Source: an uncultured virus (IMG/VR IMGVR_UViG_3300037420_000914) | Lineage: Duplodnaviria > Heunggongvirae > Uroviricota > Caudoviricetes | DNA: 64,000 nucleotides | Strand: one strand, 5' to 3' | Virus record (IMG/VR): IMGVR_UViG_3300037420_000914 | Shown: one piece after another, positions 55,165 to 64,000 of the stretch | Layout: the number at the start of each line of letters is the position of its first letter | Position numbering within the stretch: position 1 is the first letter of the stretch | Notes under the pieces: model-generated | Database searches by the model: none | What the model was told of the DNA's origin: nothing | Seen by the model: only the letters and a program-made list of their open reading frames with translations | Program-made: the position numbers and the translations under genes

Positions 55165-55358
55165 GCGACAGCCCTCTTCCAGCGCGCCAGAAGGGGCGCG
55201 TCGTCGTTGGGTTCGTGGATGCGGATGCCGATGGCCTCGAAGGCGGCTCGGGCTTTTTCGGTCAGCGGCTGCATGCGCTCGCGCTCACCCCTTTGTTGGC
55301 GGGGCTTGTGTGCGAGGCGTTGTTCGTTGTTGCAGGCCGGGGCGAGCGGCTTTTCCAT

Positions 55359-55757
55359 CTATCCTCCGTTGGCAGCTTGTCCGAGAAGAATGCGGCGATA
55401 GGCTGCGTTCTCTTCGCGCAGCTTTCGGTTCTCGCGCTCGATTTCTGTTTCGCGCTTGTGCAGGCTGGAGAGCTCGTAGCCGCGCGCGTGCAGCATCCAC
55501 AGCAGCGGGGCGTCGTTCCCGCAGGCGTCCATCAGCCCGCAGAACTTGTCCCACTTGATGCCTTCGGCGCCCTGCTTCCAGCGCGTCAGTTGCGTGGCAT
55601 CGACCTTGACTCCGTGCTTGGCTAGCGCAGCCTCCAGCTCCTTGTCGTAGCTGTATCCGGCCAACTCGGCGCAATACTCGATCGCGCGGCCTAGAGAAGC
55701 CTTGCGGACCACCTCCGAGAGGGGCACTTCCACAGCCAGTAAGGACGGCTGGCTCAT
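55359..55757 (-). CDS. CII-position transcriptional regulator
   Basis: HTH-like VDATQLTRWKQG; MDACGNDAPLLW; downstream of cro. Confidence 0.7.
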   Translation of the reverse strand: MSQPSLLAVEVPLSEVVRKASLGRAIEYCAELAGYSYDKELEAALAKHGVKVDATQLTRWKQGAEGIKWDKFCGLMDACGNDAPLLWMLHARGYELSSLHKRETEIERENRKLREENAAYRRILLGQAANGG

Positions 55758-55994
55758 CAGTTGAGCCCCCTCGCAAGCCGCCGCAGAAAGATTGCGTGGC
55801 ATTGCGTGGTCTTCGCGAGCAAAATTTTTTGCATGTGCCAGCACGGGATTGCCTCAGTCCACCGTTACAGTCGAGCCAGCCAAACGACAGCCAGCGGCGC
55901 AGCCATGCCGCAGGCCGAACGACTCATGCCCGAAAAGCTGCGCGCTGCGCTGCGCGCGAAGAAGATCGACCTTGGTGAATTCCATCGCCGTCCC

Positions 55995-56258
55995 TCAAGC
56001 CTTGGCGGCGCGCGACTTGCGCGGTGCAGGCAGTGGCACCTCGCCATAGACGTGGTTCATGGTCAGAGCCAGTCCACGGGCGGCGGCGAACTCAATGAGC
56101 TTTCGCGCCGTTGCCGGAAGCACCGTCTGCCCTTTGTCCAAGAGAGACACGTTGGCCTGCGTGCAACCGAGCGCGTCGGCCATCTCGTGCTGGGTGGCCC
56201 CCAGCCTTTCCCGGATCGACTTGAAAACGACCTCGTCGTGGTGATTTGGGGTGCCCAT
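55995..56258 (-). CDS. Cro-like XRE repressor
   Basis: IRERLGATQHEMADALGCTQANVS HTH; divergent from repressor. Confidence 0.85.
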   Translation of the reverse strand: MGTPNHHDEVVFKSIRERLGATQHEMADALGCTQANVSLLDKGQTVLPATARKLIEFAAARGLALTMNHVYGEVPLPAPRKSRAAKA

Positions 56259-56264
56259 GCAGCG

Positions 56265-56303
56265 AGCATAAAAGCATGCCTTGAATTAATCAAGGAAAAC
56301 TTG
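56265..56303 (-). promoter_or_regulatory. pR-like promoter with two operators
   Basis: TTGATT-N17-TATGCT (minus); operators AAAG-N5-CTTG at 56271-56283 and CAAG-N5-CTTG at 56291-56303. Confidence 0.8.
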
Positions 56304-56329
56304 TGAGCGAGCGATACAACCGCCCGCGC

Positions 56330-56782
56330 ATGACTGTGTGGGAAATCATCGAACTGACCATGAACCGGATGGTTCCGCGCCGCGACCAGAAGTGGCTGGC
56401 TGCGGAATTGGGCGTTACCGCGGCGGCGATCCACGAATGGAAAAAGACCCGCGTGCCCCCGGCGCGGTATCGGGCGATCGCCGAAAAGATTCACATCTCG
56501 ATCGACCAACTTGAGGGCCTTGAGCCGCTTCCCTGGGACAGGGGCTGGCCGTTCCCCGACATCGAGCAGGACCGCTTCTGGCAATTAGGGGTCAAGGAGC
56601 GCGACCAGGTCCAGGCCAAGGTGCTTGAGCTGATCGAACAACTAGAGCAGGCCCGCCAACGAAGCCAGGGCGGGCAAATTGGCGTGTCAGGCACTCACCT
56701 CTTCGGAGAAGTGAGGTCGCCTGCCCCGAGCAACACAAATTCCACGAAGAAGACAAAAAAGCCACGAAAGCCTCGCGGCTGA
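56330..56782 (+). CDS. CI-like repressor (HTH, no S24 peptidase domain)
   Basis: QKWLAAELGVTAAAIHEWKK HTH; start could alternatively be 56303. Confidence 0.75.
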   Translation: MTVWEIIELTMNRMVPRRDQKWLAAELGVTAAAIHEWKKTRVPPARYRAIAEKIHISIDQLEGLEPLPWDRGWPFPDIEQDRFWQLGVKERDQVQAKVLELIEQLEQARQRSQGGQIGVSGTHLFGEVRSPAPSNTNSTKKTKKPRKPRG

Positions 56783-56887
56783 TGGAATAAATCTGAGAAA
56801 CCCTACTGACGCGCCCTAGTTCCACCGTGGGCCTTGCAGTCTGGCTTGAGCCGACCTACAACTGACCCCCCACGAAAGGGGGTGGCG

Positions 56888-57157
56888 ATGACGGTAGTAG
56901 TTCCTTTTGAGACAGCGCGCGACCGGGAAATGGTCGCCTCCCTGCGGCAGCTCCTTGAGATCGCCGAGAAGGGCGAACTGCGCGGGTTTGAGTTTTCGGT
57001 CGAGGACATTCGAGGCAGGGAGAAGTTCTGCGCGTTGGGCAGCTACAAGCGGCGTCCATCGCATGGAGCGCAGGCCGCCATGCGGCTTGCGATGCGCATG
57101 GCGAGCCTGGAAGACAAGCGCCAAGAAGAAGACGGGACCGTTCCGGGTTTCTACTGA
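56888..57157 (+). CDS. Immunity-region hypothetical protein (resembles 8789..8995)
   Basis: LRQLLEIAEKGELRG; followed by terminator. Confidence 0.65.
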   Translation: MTVVVPFETARDREMVASLRQLLEIAEKGELRGFEFSVEDIRGREKFCALGSYKRRPSHGAQAAMRLAMRMASLEDKRQEEDGTVPGFY

Positions 57158-57179
57158 GAGGGGCAAGCCCCACGCGATC

Positions 57180-57202
57180 AAGCCGCCTTCTGGCGGCTTT
57201 TT
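57180..57202 (+). terminator. Intrinsic terminator
   Basis: AAGCCGCC-TTCT-GGCGGCTTTTT. Confidence 0.8.
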
Positions 57203-57247
57203 GCTGCCCGCGCGAACGTGACCGGTTGCGAAATTTGAGGCAGAAAA

Positions 57248-57286
57248 CAAGTTTTCCTTGATTTGTTCAAGTTCTGCTCGTATGCT
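57248..57286 (+). promoter_or_regulatory. pL-like promoter with two operators
   Basis: TTGATT(57258)-N17-TATGCT(57281); operators CAAG-N5-CTTG at 57248-57260 and CAAG-N5-CTCG at 57268-57280. Confidence 0.8.
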
Positions 57287-57332
57287 TCCCTGACTCCAGC
57301 GAATTCCCGCTGGCCAGCAACAGGAGCAGACG

Positions 57333-57569
57333 GTGAGTCACTACCTTGAGCAGTTGATCGGCGCCGAGCGCCGGGCGATGTGCCTCGCCAACGACGCTCT
57401 CCTGTCCATCCCCAAGGAAAGCGCGACTTGCGAGATCACGGTCATTCGCTTCGGCGAAGGCCAGTGCCGCAGGAGCTTTCCGAATCCCGTCGAAGCCGAC
57501 AGCTACGCGCATGAACAGCGGGCGCTTGGCCGCGTGGTGATCTACGGGTCTGCGCTGGCGCTGGCATGA
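57333..57569 (+). CDS. Hypothetical protein, first gene after pL
   Basis: AGGAG RBS; GTG start. Confidence 0.55.
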   Translation: MSHYLEQLIGAERRAMCLANDALLSIPKESATCEITVIRFGEGQCRRSFPNPVEADSYAHEQRALGRVVIYGSALALA

Positions 57570-57886
57570 ACGCGCAGCACACGCTCGGGCGCGACGAAAC
57601 GCAGATGCACACGCCTACTGCGCAAGACATGACGCGAGCTGGCGACTTGCTCTCAGCCCTTGAAGACGAAATGCGCGCCGGATTCAGCGGCACGTTTACG
57701 AAGCGCGAGCATGCCTTTGCTCTCGCGATGGGCTGCTTGGAGGGCTGGCTCTCTGTGGCCTCCACGCGCGGCCAAGTGCGCAAGACGCTCGCGCATGACA
57801 TCAAACTCGCGCGGCAGCGCTTCGAGGACTGCGGCGTTTCTGTCCCGGCCTATCTCGTCGTCAAGTCCAGCGGAGATGCCGCATGA
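57566..57886 (+). CDS. Hypothetical protein
   Basis: ATGA coupling. Confidence 0.5.
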   Translation: MNAQHTLGRDETQMHTPTAQDMTRAGDLLSALEDEMRAGFSGTFTKREHAFALAMGCLEGWLSVASTRGQVRKTLAHDIKLARQRFEDCGVSVPAYLVVKSSGDAA

Positions 57887-57998
57887 ACTACACCCGCATC
57901 AAGCGCATCGTCCTTCGCGCGATCCGCAACTTCCTTGAGAGCCTGAAGCCCCCCGGAGGCGGCGGAGGCGGCGGTCATCCTTCGATGGCGGGTGCGGC

Positions 57999-58199
57999 AT
58001 GAACGGCCTGCACATCACCCACATCGCCCCCACCACGCTTGCGCAGGCGGTCGACGAGGAAGACGACGAGCCCGAGCCCCTGCCCTGCCCCGAATGCGAG
58101 GGCACCGGCCTGACCGGAGGCACGCCCTGCTTGAACTGCGATGGGCGCGCGTTTCTTCATCCAGTCACGGGCGAGGCATGGAAGGACGAAACGCAATGA
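57999..58199 (+). CDS. Small zinc-finger protein
   Basis: CPECEGTG...CLNCDG. Confidence 0.5.
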   Translation: MNGLHITHIAPTTLAQAVDEEDDEPEPLPCPECEGTGLTGGTPCLNCDGRAFLHPVTGEAWKDETQ

Positions 58200-58371
58200 C
58201 CCGCTACCAGCGCCTTCGCCGAGCCGTGCAGCTGTTTCGCTCCGATCTCGTCCCGCGAGAGGTGCGTCGCGCGAATGCAAGACAGTGGCTCATGAAAACC
58301 GAGGAACTCGGAGACAAGTCCGTTCTTCGCGGCGGTGAAGTGCGCTGGGGCATCAACCTTCAAGGAGCGAA

Positions 58372-58605
58372 GTGATGAACACCGACAACGCCATCGCCGG
58401 CCGCGACCTGCACCGCATTCACAGCCTGTGCGATGCGTGCGAAACGGCAGCGCACTGCCGCAGGCATGGATGCATCCCGGCTGTCGACGAAGCCGCCGAC
58501 AAGCCGCTGATCACTCCCGAGCAGGCCATGGGCGGAGTGCCCTTGTGGCTGCTGGTAGTCGTCGCCGCTTTCGTTTGTTTCGTCTATGTGGTCACGAAGA
58601 CCTAA
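58372..58605 (+). CDS. Cys-rich membrane-anchored protein
   Basis: CDAC...C...GC plus C-terminal TM. Confidence 0.55.
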   Translation: MMNTDNAIAGRDLHRIHSLCDACETAAHCRRHGCIPAVDEAADKPLITPEQAMGGVPLWLLVVVAAFVCFVYVVTKT

Positions 58606-58657
58606 CCCCCACACCGCCACCCAACAGGCGAGATAACCCCTAAAGGAGCAAGAGAGC

Positions 58658-59023
58658 ATGGAGCAATCGGATCAAGGACATCTGGCCGCGCCCGGTGGGG
58701 ACGTGCCTGCGGCGGCCTCAGACGATGCGGAGCGCCCTGTAGTTGGCGCTGCGCCCACGGAGCAGGAAACGCCGCCCGAGATCGATACCGGCGACTTTGT
58801 TCTGCACAAACCCAGTGGCGAAGAGTGGGTTGTCGCCTACGTGAAAGACGGCCGGTTGGCTGCGTGCGGCTGGCCCGACGAAATCGTCCCTGTCGCCGAT
58901 TGCGTGCTGACGAAGAAGGCAACGCCTGCAGCTCGCCGCGCTCTTCTCGAAACGCTCGCAGGCTCCTACGGCCACCGCGGCGCGTACGCCCGCGCCGCGC
59001 TCTCTCAATCGGAGGTCGCATGA
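58658..59023 (+). CDS. Hypothetical protein
   Basis: IDTGDFVLHKPSGEEWVVA...CGWP; AAGGAG RBS. Confidence 0.65.
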   Translation: MEQSDQGHLAAPGGDVPAAASDDAERPVVGAAPTEQETPPEIDTGDFVLHKPSGEEWVVAYVKDGRLAACGWPDEIVPVADCVLTKKATPAARRALLETLAGSYGHRGAYARAALSQSEVA

Positions 59024-59394
59024 CCCCCGCAAACATCTTCGGCGCAGCCCTAGAGAGGGAGGCGAAGCATACGCCGGGGCCGTGGAAGCTCTATTCAGAG
59101 CAAGGCGTCACCGGCCCCACCGCATCGCCAGCCGTCTATTGGCCTCGCGAAGTGAAGTGGTGCGAAATCACGGTGGGCGACGAAGTCGTTGCCTATGTCG
59201 CTCGCAGTGGCGATCTGACGGAGGTGCAGCACGCCAACGCCCGTCTGATCGCCGCCGCGCCGGAACTCCTTCGCATCGCCGAACGATTCCTTGACCACAT
59301 CGAGGCTGGCGCGGTCGAGATTCATTCTTCGGAAGCTGATTTGTCGGACGCAGTTCGCGCCGCCATCGCCAAGGCCACCGGGAGCGCTGCATGA
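59020..59394 (+). CDS. Conserved phage early protein
   Basis: KHTPGPW...ANARLIAAAPELL...AAIAKATG. Confidence 0.7.
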   Translation: MTPANIFGAALEREAKHTPGPWKLYSEQGVTGPTASPAVYWPREVKWCEITVGDEVVAYVARSGDLTEVQHANARLIAAAPELLRIAERFLDHIEAGAVEIHSSEADLSDAVRAAIAKATGSAA

Positions 59395-59723
59395 CCCCTC
59401 ATCAATGCTTCGATGCAGCCTTAAACAGGCTGAACCCGTCCAATCGATTCGAGCCCGAAGGCGAGCCGATCTGCGTCGACGGAACGATGCTGGAGCCGAT
59501 CAACGACGAGCCGCCAGTCCACGCGATGAAGCGACGCTACAGCGGCTTCGGCCTGGACGGCACGGCGCGCGTTCACTGCACCTGCGGCTGGAGCGGCCCC
59601 GAGCGTCATCAGTCCGACGACTTCATGTCGTTCAAGCTCATGGGCGACGAGCGCAACCACTGCGAGGAATCGCGCTGCATCGAGCGCAGCGACTTGGCGC
59701 GGGAATGCGAGGTGACGCGATGA
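59391..59723 (+). CDS. Hypothetical protein
   Basis: ATGA coupling; HCTCGW. Confidence 0.5.
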   Translation: MTPHQCFDAALNRLNPSNRFEPEGEPICVDGTMLEPINDEPPVHAMKRRYSGFGLDGTARVHCTCGWSGPERHQSDDFMSFKLMGDERNHCEESRCIERSDLARECEVTR

Positions 59724-59947
59724 GCAAGTGGTACGAGGTCAAAGTCACGACGGTGCGCGTGATGCTCGTTGAAATCGAAGACGACATGCCCGACGACGAG
59801 GCCCGCGAATCCGCGATGTTTGAAGCGCTCTCAGAGGCTGGCACGGATGGTGTCTCCGAAGCCGAAATCGAGTCCGGCCCTTATGCATCGGAGAACCGCG
59901 AGCTGGAGTCGCTGAGGCGTCACGCTGACGAGGTGCTGCCGCTATGA
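59720..59947 (+). CDS. Hypothetical protein
   Basis: GAGGT RBS; coupled. Confidence 0.55.
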   Translation: MSKWYEVKVTTVRVMLVEIEDDMPDDEARESAMFEALSEAGTDGVSEAEIESGPYASENRELESLRRHADEVLPL

Positions 59948-60678
59948 CCTCACAACGCAGCTACAGCGGCGATGCGGCGAGCGGATGGGAACGTCGGCAA
60001 GCGTGGGGCGTTGGGACGGGTGTGCTGCATTGGGGCGACTGGAAGCCCTGCACCGAGGCCGACGCGCGGCGCGTCACCGGACTTCGGACGTGGGAAGTGC
60101 GTCGCATCGCGCCTGCCACCAAAACTGCTCTTACCAACGACAGCGGCGATGCGGCGAAGTACGTCTTCGTTCGCCTGACAAGACCTGAAGGTTACGAAGA
60201 CGTTCACCCCGAGCTTGTTCTTGAGGACGCGAACATCAACCCCGCATTCAAGGCCGAGATTGTCGCCCCCTCCACCTCGCTTACCCACGCAGCGAGAGCG
60301 CAGAGCCGCATCGATCAATTCATCTTCAAGTGGATTTGCAGCGAATACGAATTTAACACCGACGACTTCAAGCAAGCGAAGAGGGATTTCCTTGAAGCCG
60401 CCTACGCCGAAGGCCGGGCAGATCAGAGAGAGGAACTTGCCGCGCTGCACCGCGACATCATGAATCTACCGGTGGGCACCCCGGGATGGGCTGGCAATGA
60501 TCTTGCCCTCTACAAAGAAGGCCACCGAGACGCCCGCCACGCTGCCGCCGAGCTGGTGACCGCCGCCCTCTCCTCCTCCGCCGCCCCTGCGCGAGAGGAA
60601 GCAGGAGAAGACGCGCGTGGCGTGGGCGCACCGTCTGACGCGGCACAGCCCCAACGTAACGGAGGCGCGAATGCCTGA
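59944..60678 (+). CDS. Mosaic hypothetical protein
   Basis: Shares LHRDIMNLP...HAAAELV segment with 415..1104. Confidence 0.65.
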   Translation: MTSQRSYSGDAASGWERRQAWGVGTGVLHWGDWKPCTEADARRVTGLRTWEVRRIAPATKTALTNDSGDAAKYVFVRLTRPEGYEDVHPELVLEDANINPAFKAEIVAPSTSLTHAARAQSRIDQFIFKWICSEYEFNTDDFKQAKRDFLEAAYAEGRADQREELAALHRDIMNLPVGTPGWAGNDLALYKEGHRDARHAAAELVTAALSSSAAPAREEAGEDARGVGAPSDAAQPQRNGGANA

Positions 60679-61048
60679 ATTCAACGAAGCCCGCGAGCGC
60701 GAAATTTTCGATCGCATGCACGTTCGCATGACCGGCCCGAAAGGCGGCTTCACGCACTGGTCCATCTTCAACGAAATCGAGAAGGCAGCCGCATGGAAAG
60801 CGTGGCAGGCGCGTGCTTCGATGAGCGAAGGCGGGCCGGACTTCACCGCAACGGCCCGCGCGGCGCTGCTGTGGGTGCTCTTTCACCACCAAGGGTTCAA
60901 CAGCTCGGTCGGCGTGCCGATCCGCTACGCGCTTGGTATGGGCGCCGACGAAGAGCTGAGCGATGCCCAGATTGCGGAGGCGCGGCGCTGGGCTGACATC
61001 TGGAGCTCGCCGGTCGCCGATGGCGTGAAGGACAAGAACAATGGCTGA
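60671..61048 (+). CDS. Hypothetical protein
   Basis: GGAGG RBS; ALLWVLFHHQG. Confidence 0.6.
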   Translation: MPEFNEAREREIFDRMHVRMTGPKGGFTHWSIFNEIEKAAAWKAWQARASMSEGGPDFTATARAALLWVLFHHQGFNSSVGVPIRYALGMGADEELSDAQIAEARRWADIWSSPVADGVKDKNNG

Positions 61049-61391
61049 CACGCAACCCCTCAGCGTCCGACTCCACTTCGCGCTTGAGCGTGCGCGGAGA
61101 GACGCCACGTTTTTCCGCTTTGAAGGCGGTGGCCAGTTCGGCACTTGGCAAGAGGCGAGGCAGGATGACCACCGCGCCACACCGTTCTACACCGCCCACG
61201 ATGTCAAGAAGATCGTGGAAGACGTATGTGGCGAGAAACCGTCCGAATGCCGTTGGCCGACGAAACCGTTGGGGATGGTGCAAGTCACTCTGCCTGACGG
61301 AACCAGCGCAGCTCTACCGCCTGAGCGGGCCTACTTCGATGCGTGGGCAATGCAGGAGTTGGAGAACAACCTGAAGCACATTGCTGGCGTG
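61041..61391 (+). repeat. 351-bp direct repeat, copy B
   Basis: Matches 3673-4023. Confidence 0.95.
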
Positions 61392-61478
61392 CTGGCGTCT
61401 TCCGCAAAGACGCTCGCACCGTCAAACGCTGACGCCGCCCTCGCGGCAGATCAGATGAACAAGGAGCAGAGCAAGTGA
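61041..61478 (+). CDS. Hypothetical protein (copy 2 of duplicated cassette, different C-terminus)
   Basis: Identical to 3673..4044 up to HIAGV. Confidence 0.7.
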   Translation: MADTQPLSVRLHFALERARRDATFFRFEGGGQFGTWQEARQDDHRATPFYTAHDVKKIVEDVCGEKPSECRWPTKPLGMVQVTLPDGTSAALPPERAYFDAWAMQELENNLKHIAGVLASSAKTLAPSNADAALAADQMNKEQSK

Positions 61479-61714
61479 GAGACCGAGAACTGACGCCGTG
61501 GTTTGTTGATGTTCTGCCTGCGCGGAAGGGCGTCTACAACGTTTCGTGCGAGCGGTCGAAGCAATCCGGCCAGTGGTACGCCCATTTCAACGGCAAGCGG
61601 TTTGGCTACTTCAGCGCCGAGCCTGAGATGGCGTTTCTTCTTCGGCGTCAGAAAACGAACGCCGTGGCCCTCTCTTGGCGCGGCATGTCTCACCCTCCCA
61701 AGGAAGCGCAATGA
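61475..61714 (+). CDS. Hypothetical protein
   Basis: LTPWF...PARKGVY...WRG; AAGGAG RBS. Confidence 0.6.
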   Translation: MRDRELTPWFVDVLPARKGVYNVSCERSKQSGQWYAHFNGKRFGYFSAEPEMAFLLRRQKTNAVALSWRGMSHPPKEAQ

Positions 61715-61866
61715 ACCAACGCAAGCGCCTGCTGGGCGGCATCGCCCCGGTGATCGACTTGATCCGCCTGCAGTGGTATCGCCTCGCTCTGCGCCAAATC
61801 GACCCGCTGCATAAGGATGTGCCGGAAATCGTCAGGGCCATCAACCAGCTTGAGAGGAATGCGTGA
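61711..61866 (+). CDS. Hypothetical protein
   Basis: AAGGA RBS; ATGA coupling. Confidence 0.45.
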   Translation: MNQRKRLLGGIAPVIDLIRLQWYRLALRQIDPLHKDVPEIVRAINQLERNA

Positions 61867-62672
61867 TGGCGAACCCGGCTGTCATCGGAGATGCGACCCT
61901 GTACCTCGGGGATTGCCGCGACATCCTGCCGATGGTGCGCGCCGATCATGTCCTGACCGACCCGCCCTATGAGGCGGAAGCTCACGGCGAAGGACGCCGA
62001 TTGCTCGGGCGCACGGCCGAACTGAAGGACGCGCGAGTGCGCGAGATAGAGGCCGCGCCTCTGGACTTCGATGCGATGACGCCGGAACTGCGCGCGCACG
62101 TCTGCGCATGGGCCGCAGATAGCTGCAGCGGCTGGATGCTCGCGTTCTGCCAAGCCGAGGCCGTCGCAACGTGGCGAGAGGCGATGGAAGCGGCTGGCGC
62201 GAAGTGGCGGCGTGCGATGGTCTGGGTCAAGCCCGACAGCTCGCCGCAGTTGTCCGGCGACCGTCCGGCTCAGGGCTTCGAGAGCATCGCGCTTGCGTGG
62301 TGTGGCACTGGCCCGAGCCGCTGGAATGGTGGTGGCAAGCGCGGTGTCTTCACCTATGGCAAGCACGACCCGGGCATGGGGCACGGAGGCGGCGCGAACG
62401 AACACCCGACGCAAAAGCCCCGCCTGCTCATGGCCGATCTCGTCGCGCTCTTCACGAACCCCGGCGAGCTGATCGCCGACCCGTTCATGGGGTCAGGAAC
62501 GACGGGCATTGCCGCGATTCAGGCAGGCCGCAGGTTCGTGGGCATCGAGAAGAGCCCGCATCACTTCGCCGTGGCCTGCCGCCGCATCGCCGATGCATGG
62601 AGCCAGCGCCCGCTGTTCGACGCCGAGCCGCCGCGCAAGCCCGAGCAGGGCAACTTACTGGAGGCCGCATGA
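61863..62672 (+). CDS. DNA amino-methyltransferase (N6A/N4C, beta-type order)
   Basis: YLGDC, TDPPY, HPTQKP, DPFMGSGTTG. Confidence 0.92.
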   Translation: MMANPAVIGDATLYLGDCRDILPMVRADHVLTDPPYEAEAHGEGRRLLGRTAELKDARVREIEAAPLDFDAMTPELRAHVCAWAADSCSGWMLAFCQAEAVATWREAMEAAGAKWRRAMVWVKPDSSPQLSGDRPAQGFESIALAWCGTGPSRWNGGGKRGVFTYGKHDPGMGHGGGANEHPTQKPRLLMADLVALFTNPGELIADPFMGSGTTGIAAIQAGRRFVGIEKSPHHFAVACRRIADAWSQRPLFDAEPPRKPEQGNLLEAA

Positions 62673-62929
62673 CGCACGCACTTTGCAGATCCTGCGAAAC
62701 CGCACTGACATGCAGCCGTCGCGGCGAATGCTTCGAGCCCATCGAATGGCAGGCCGCGCATGGCGTCGTGTCTGTCGATGAATACGACGACTTCACCAGC
62801 GAAAGCGCGCAAAAGGACTTCCTCACCTTTCGCGACTTTCTTCTCGCCATTGTCAGTATGGCCTTCGCCTTTGTCAGCGGGGTTGTCGTCGGGGTTGGCG
62901 GCGGGGTGATTGCTAGGTGGATGGCTTGA
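62669..62929 (+). CDS. Cys-rich membrane-anchored protein
   Basis: CRSC...C...EC plus C-terminal TM; GGAGG RBS. Confidence 0.55.
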   Translation: MTHALCRSCETALTCSRRGECFEPIEWQAAHGVVSVDEYDDFTSESAQKDFLTFRDFLLAIVSMAFAFVSGVVVGVGGGVIARWMA

Positions 62930-63062
62930 ATTAACCGGAGAGAAGTGTGCTTCACGACCTCATTCAATCGATCAAGGCAGGTGTCCGCGAATGGAAGCGG
63001 CGGGTCTACCTGCGTCATCACCGCGCGACTTTGCGCGACACGCTTCCGTTCTGAGGACCATC

Positions 63063-63938
63063 ATGCAATTCACGAAAGCCACGAGGAAGAACGCCAAGCT
63101 ACGGCTGGCACTTACCGGGCCGAGCGGTGCCGGGAAGACTTATAGCGCCCTGCTGCTTGCCAAGGGCATCGGGGGGCGGATCGCCGTGATCGACACCGAG
63201 CACGAAAGCGCCAGCTTGTATGCCGGCTTGCCGGAGATGCCGGAGTTCGACACGCTAAACCTCGCGCCGCCCTTCACGCCCGAACGGTTTGCCGAGGCCG
63301 TGCAGTCCGCCGAGGCGGCGGGCTTCGACATCCTGATCCTGGACAGCATCACGCACGAATGGAACGGCTCGGGCGGCTGTCTGGAGCTGGTGGACGAGAT
63401 CGCCCGCGCCAAGTTCAAGGGCAACACCTGGAGCGCATGGAGCGAGATCAACCCGCGCCACCGCGCTTTCCTTGACGCGATGCTGCGCTCGCCCCTGCAC
63501 ATCATCGCCACGATGCGCAGCAAGACCGAGACGGCGCAGACCGAGGAAAACGGACGCAAGAAGGTCGTGAAGCTGGGGATGAAGTCCGAGCAGCGCGACG
63601 GCTTCGAGTACGAAATGACGGTCGTTCTTGACCTCGTGCATGACGGCCATTTCGCCACTGCCACGAAGGACCGCACTGGCCTGTTCTCCCACACGGACCC
63701 CAAGCCCATTAGCGAGCAGACCGGCGCTGCGCTTCTGCAATGGCTGGACTCCGGCGAGAACCAGCCTGACGTTGCCGCGATCCTGCGCGGCATCAGTGGC
63801 TCGACCACGACCGACATCCTCAAGGCGAACTACGAGGCGGCGATGCAGATGCTGCCGGAGCAATACCACGGCGCGGTGACGAAGGCGAAGAACGCGCGCT
63901 ACCGCGAACTCAACCCGAAACAGAAAGAGGCTGCTTAA
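63063..63938 (+). CDS. AAA_24 / Sak4-like recombination ATPase
   Basis: GPSGAGKT, IDTE, ILDSITHEW, KDRT. Confidence 0.85.
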   Translation: MQFTKATRKNAKLRLALTGPSGAGKTYSALLLAKGIGGRIAVIDTEHESASLYAGLPEMPEFDTLNLAPPFTPERFAEAVQSAEAAGFDILILDSITHEWNGSGGCLELVDEIARAKFKGNTWSAWSEINPRHRAFLDAMLRSPLHIIATMRSKTETAQTEENGRKKVVKLGMKSEQRDGFEYEMTVVLDLVHDGHFATATKDRTGLFSHTDPKPISEQTGAALLQWLDSGENQPDVAAILRGISGSTTTDILKANYEAAMQMLPEQYHGAVTKAKNARYRELNPKQKEAA

Positions 63939-64000
63939 TGGCATCCGTCAACAAGGTCATCATCGTCGGCAACCTCGGGCGCGACCCCGAGGTGCGCACT
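63938..64000 (+). CDS. ssb: Single-stranded DNA-binding protein (3' truncated by window)
   Basis: MASVNKVIIVGNLGRDPEVRT. Confidence 0.9.
   Translation, partial: MASVNKVIIVGNLGRDPEVRT

Larger units (their letters stand above)
1..64000. mobile_element. Temperate siphovirus genome, near complete and circularly permuted (attP form)
   Basis: Full set of head, tail, lysis, integration, immunity and replication genes; no host genes; phage genes on both sides of the att core. Confidence 0.93.

Noticed and set aside
61863..62672. Restriction-modification system
   Set aside because: No cognate restriction nuclease adjacent; looks like an orphan phage methylase

Overview
The whole window is phage DNA: a GC-rich temperate siphovirus with lambdoid organisation and no host genes. 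The host is probably a betaproteobacterium (inference). The window looks like a near-complete circularly permuted genome. It ends in the start of an ssb gene, begins inside a Gp157-family gene on the same strand, and carries an intact attP-like site (3' half of tRNA-Lys, arm repeats, IHF site) next to the integrase. Layout: + strand early accessory genes, xis and int (1-8554); attP and a small + operon with a ligase domain (8555-9918); a long - strand late operon (45230 to 10200: terminase, portal, head, tail, lysis, nucleotide-metabolism-like tail end) interrupted by a + strand lipoprotein/acyltransferase moron; - strand replication, nin and Q-like genes (45299-56258); an immunity switch with clear operators (56258-57290); and + strand early genes, a methylase and a recombination module (57333-64000). 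The most notable observations are: (1) early genes look like stop-less cassettes joined in frame at a recurring TGGCGTG (Gly-Val) junction, with one 351-bp cassette present twice; (2) an endonuclease VII element has split a gene and carries a synonymously recoded replacement 5' end; (3) the tail hub protein is fused to two glycoside hydrolase domains; (4) tRNA-like structured non-coding RNAs lie at both ends of the late operon. Family names come from motif recognition, not database searches.
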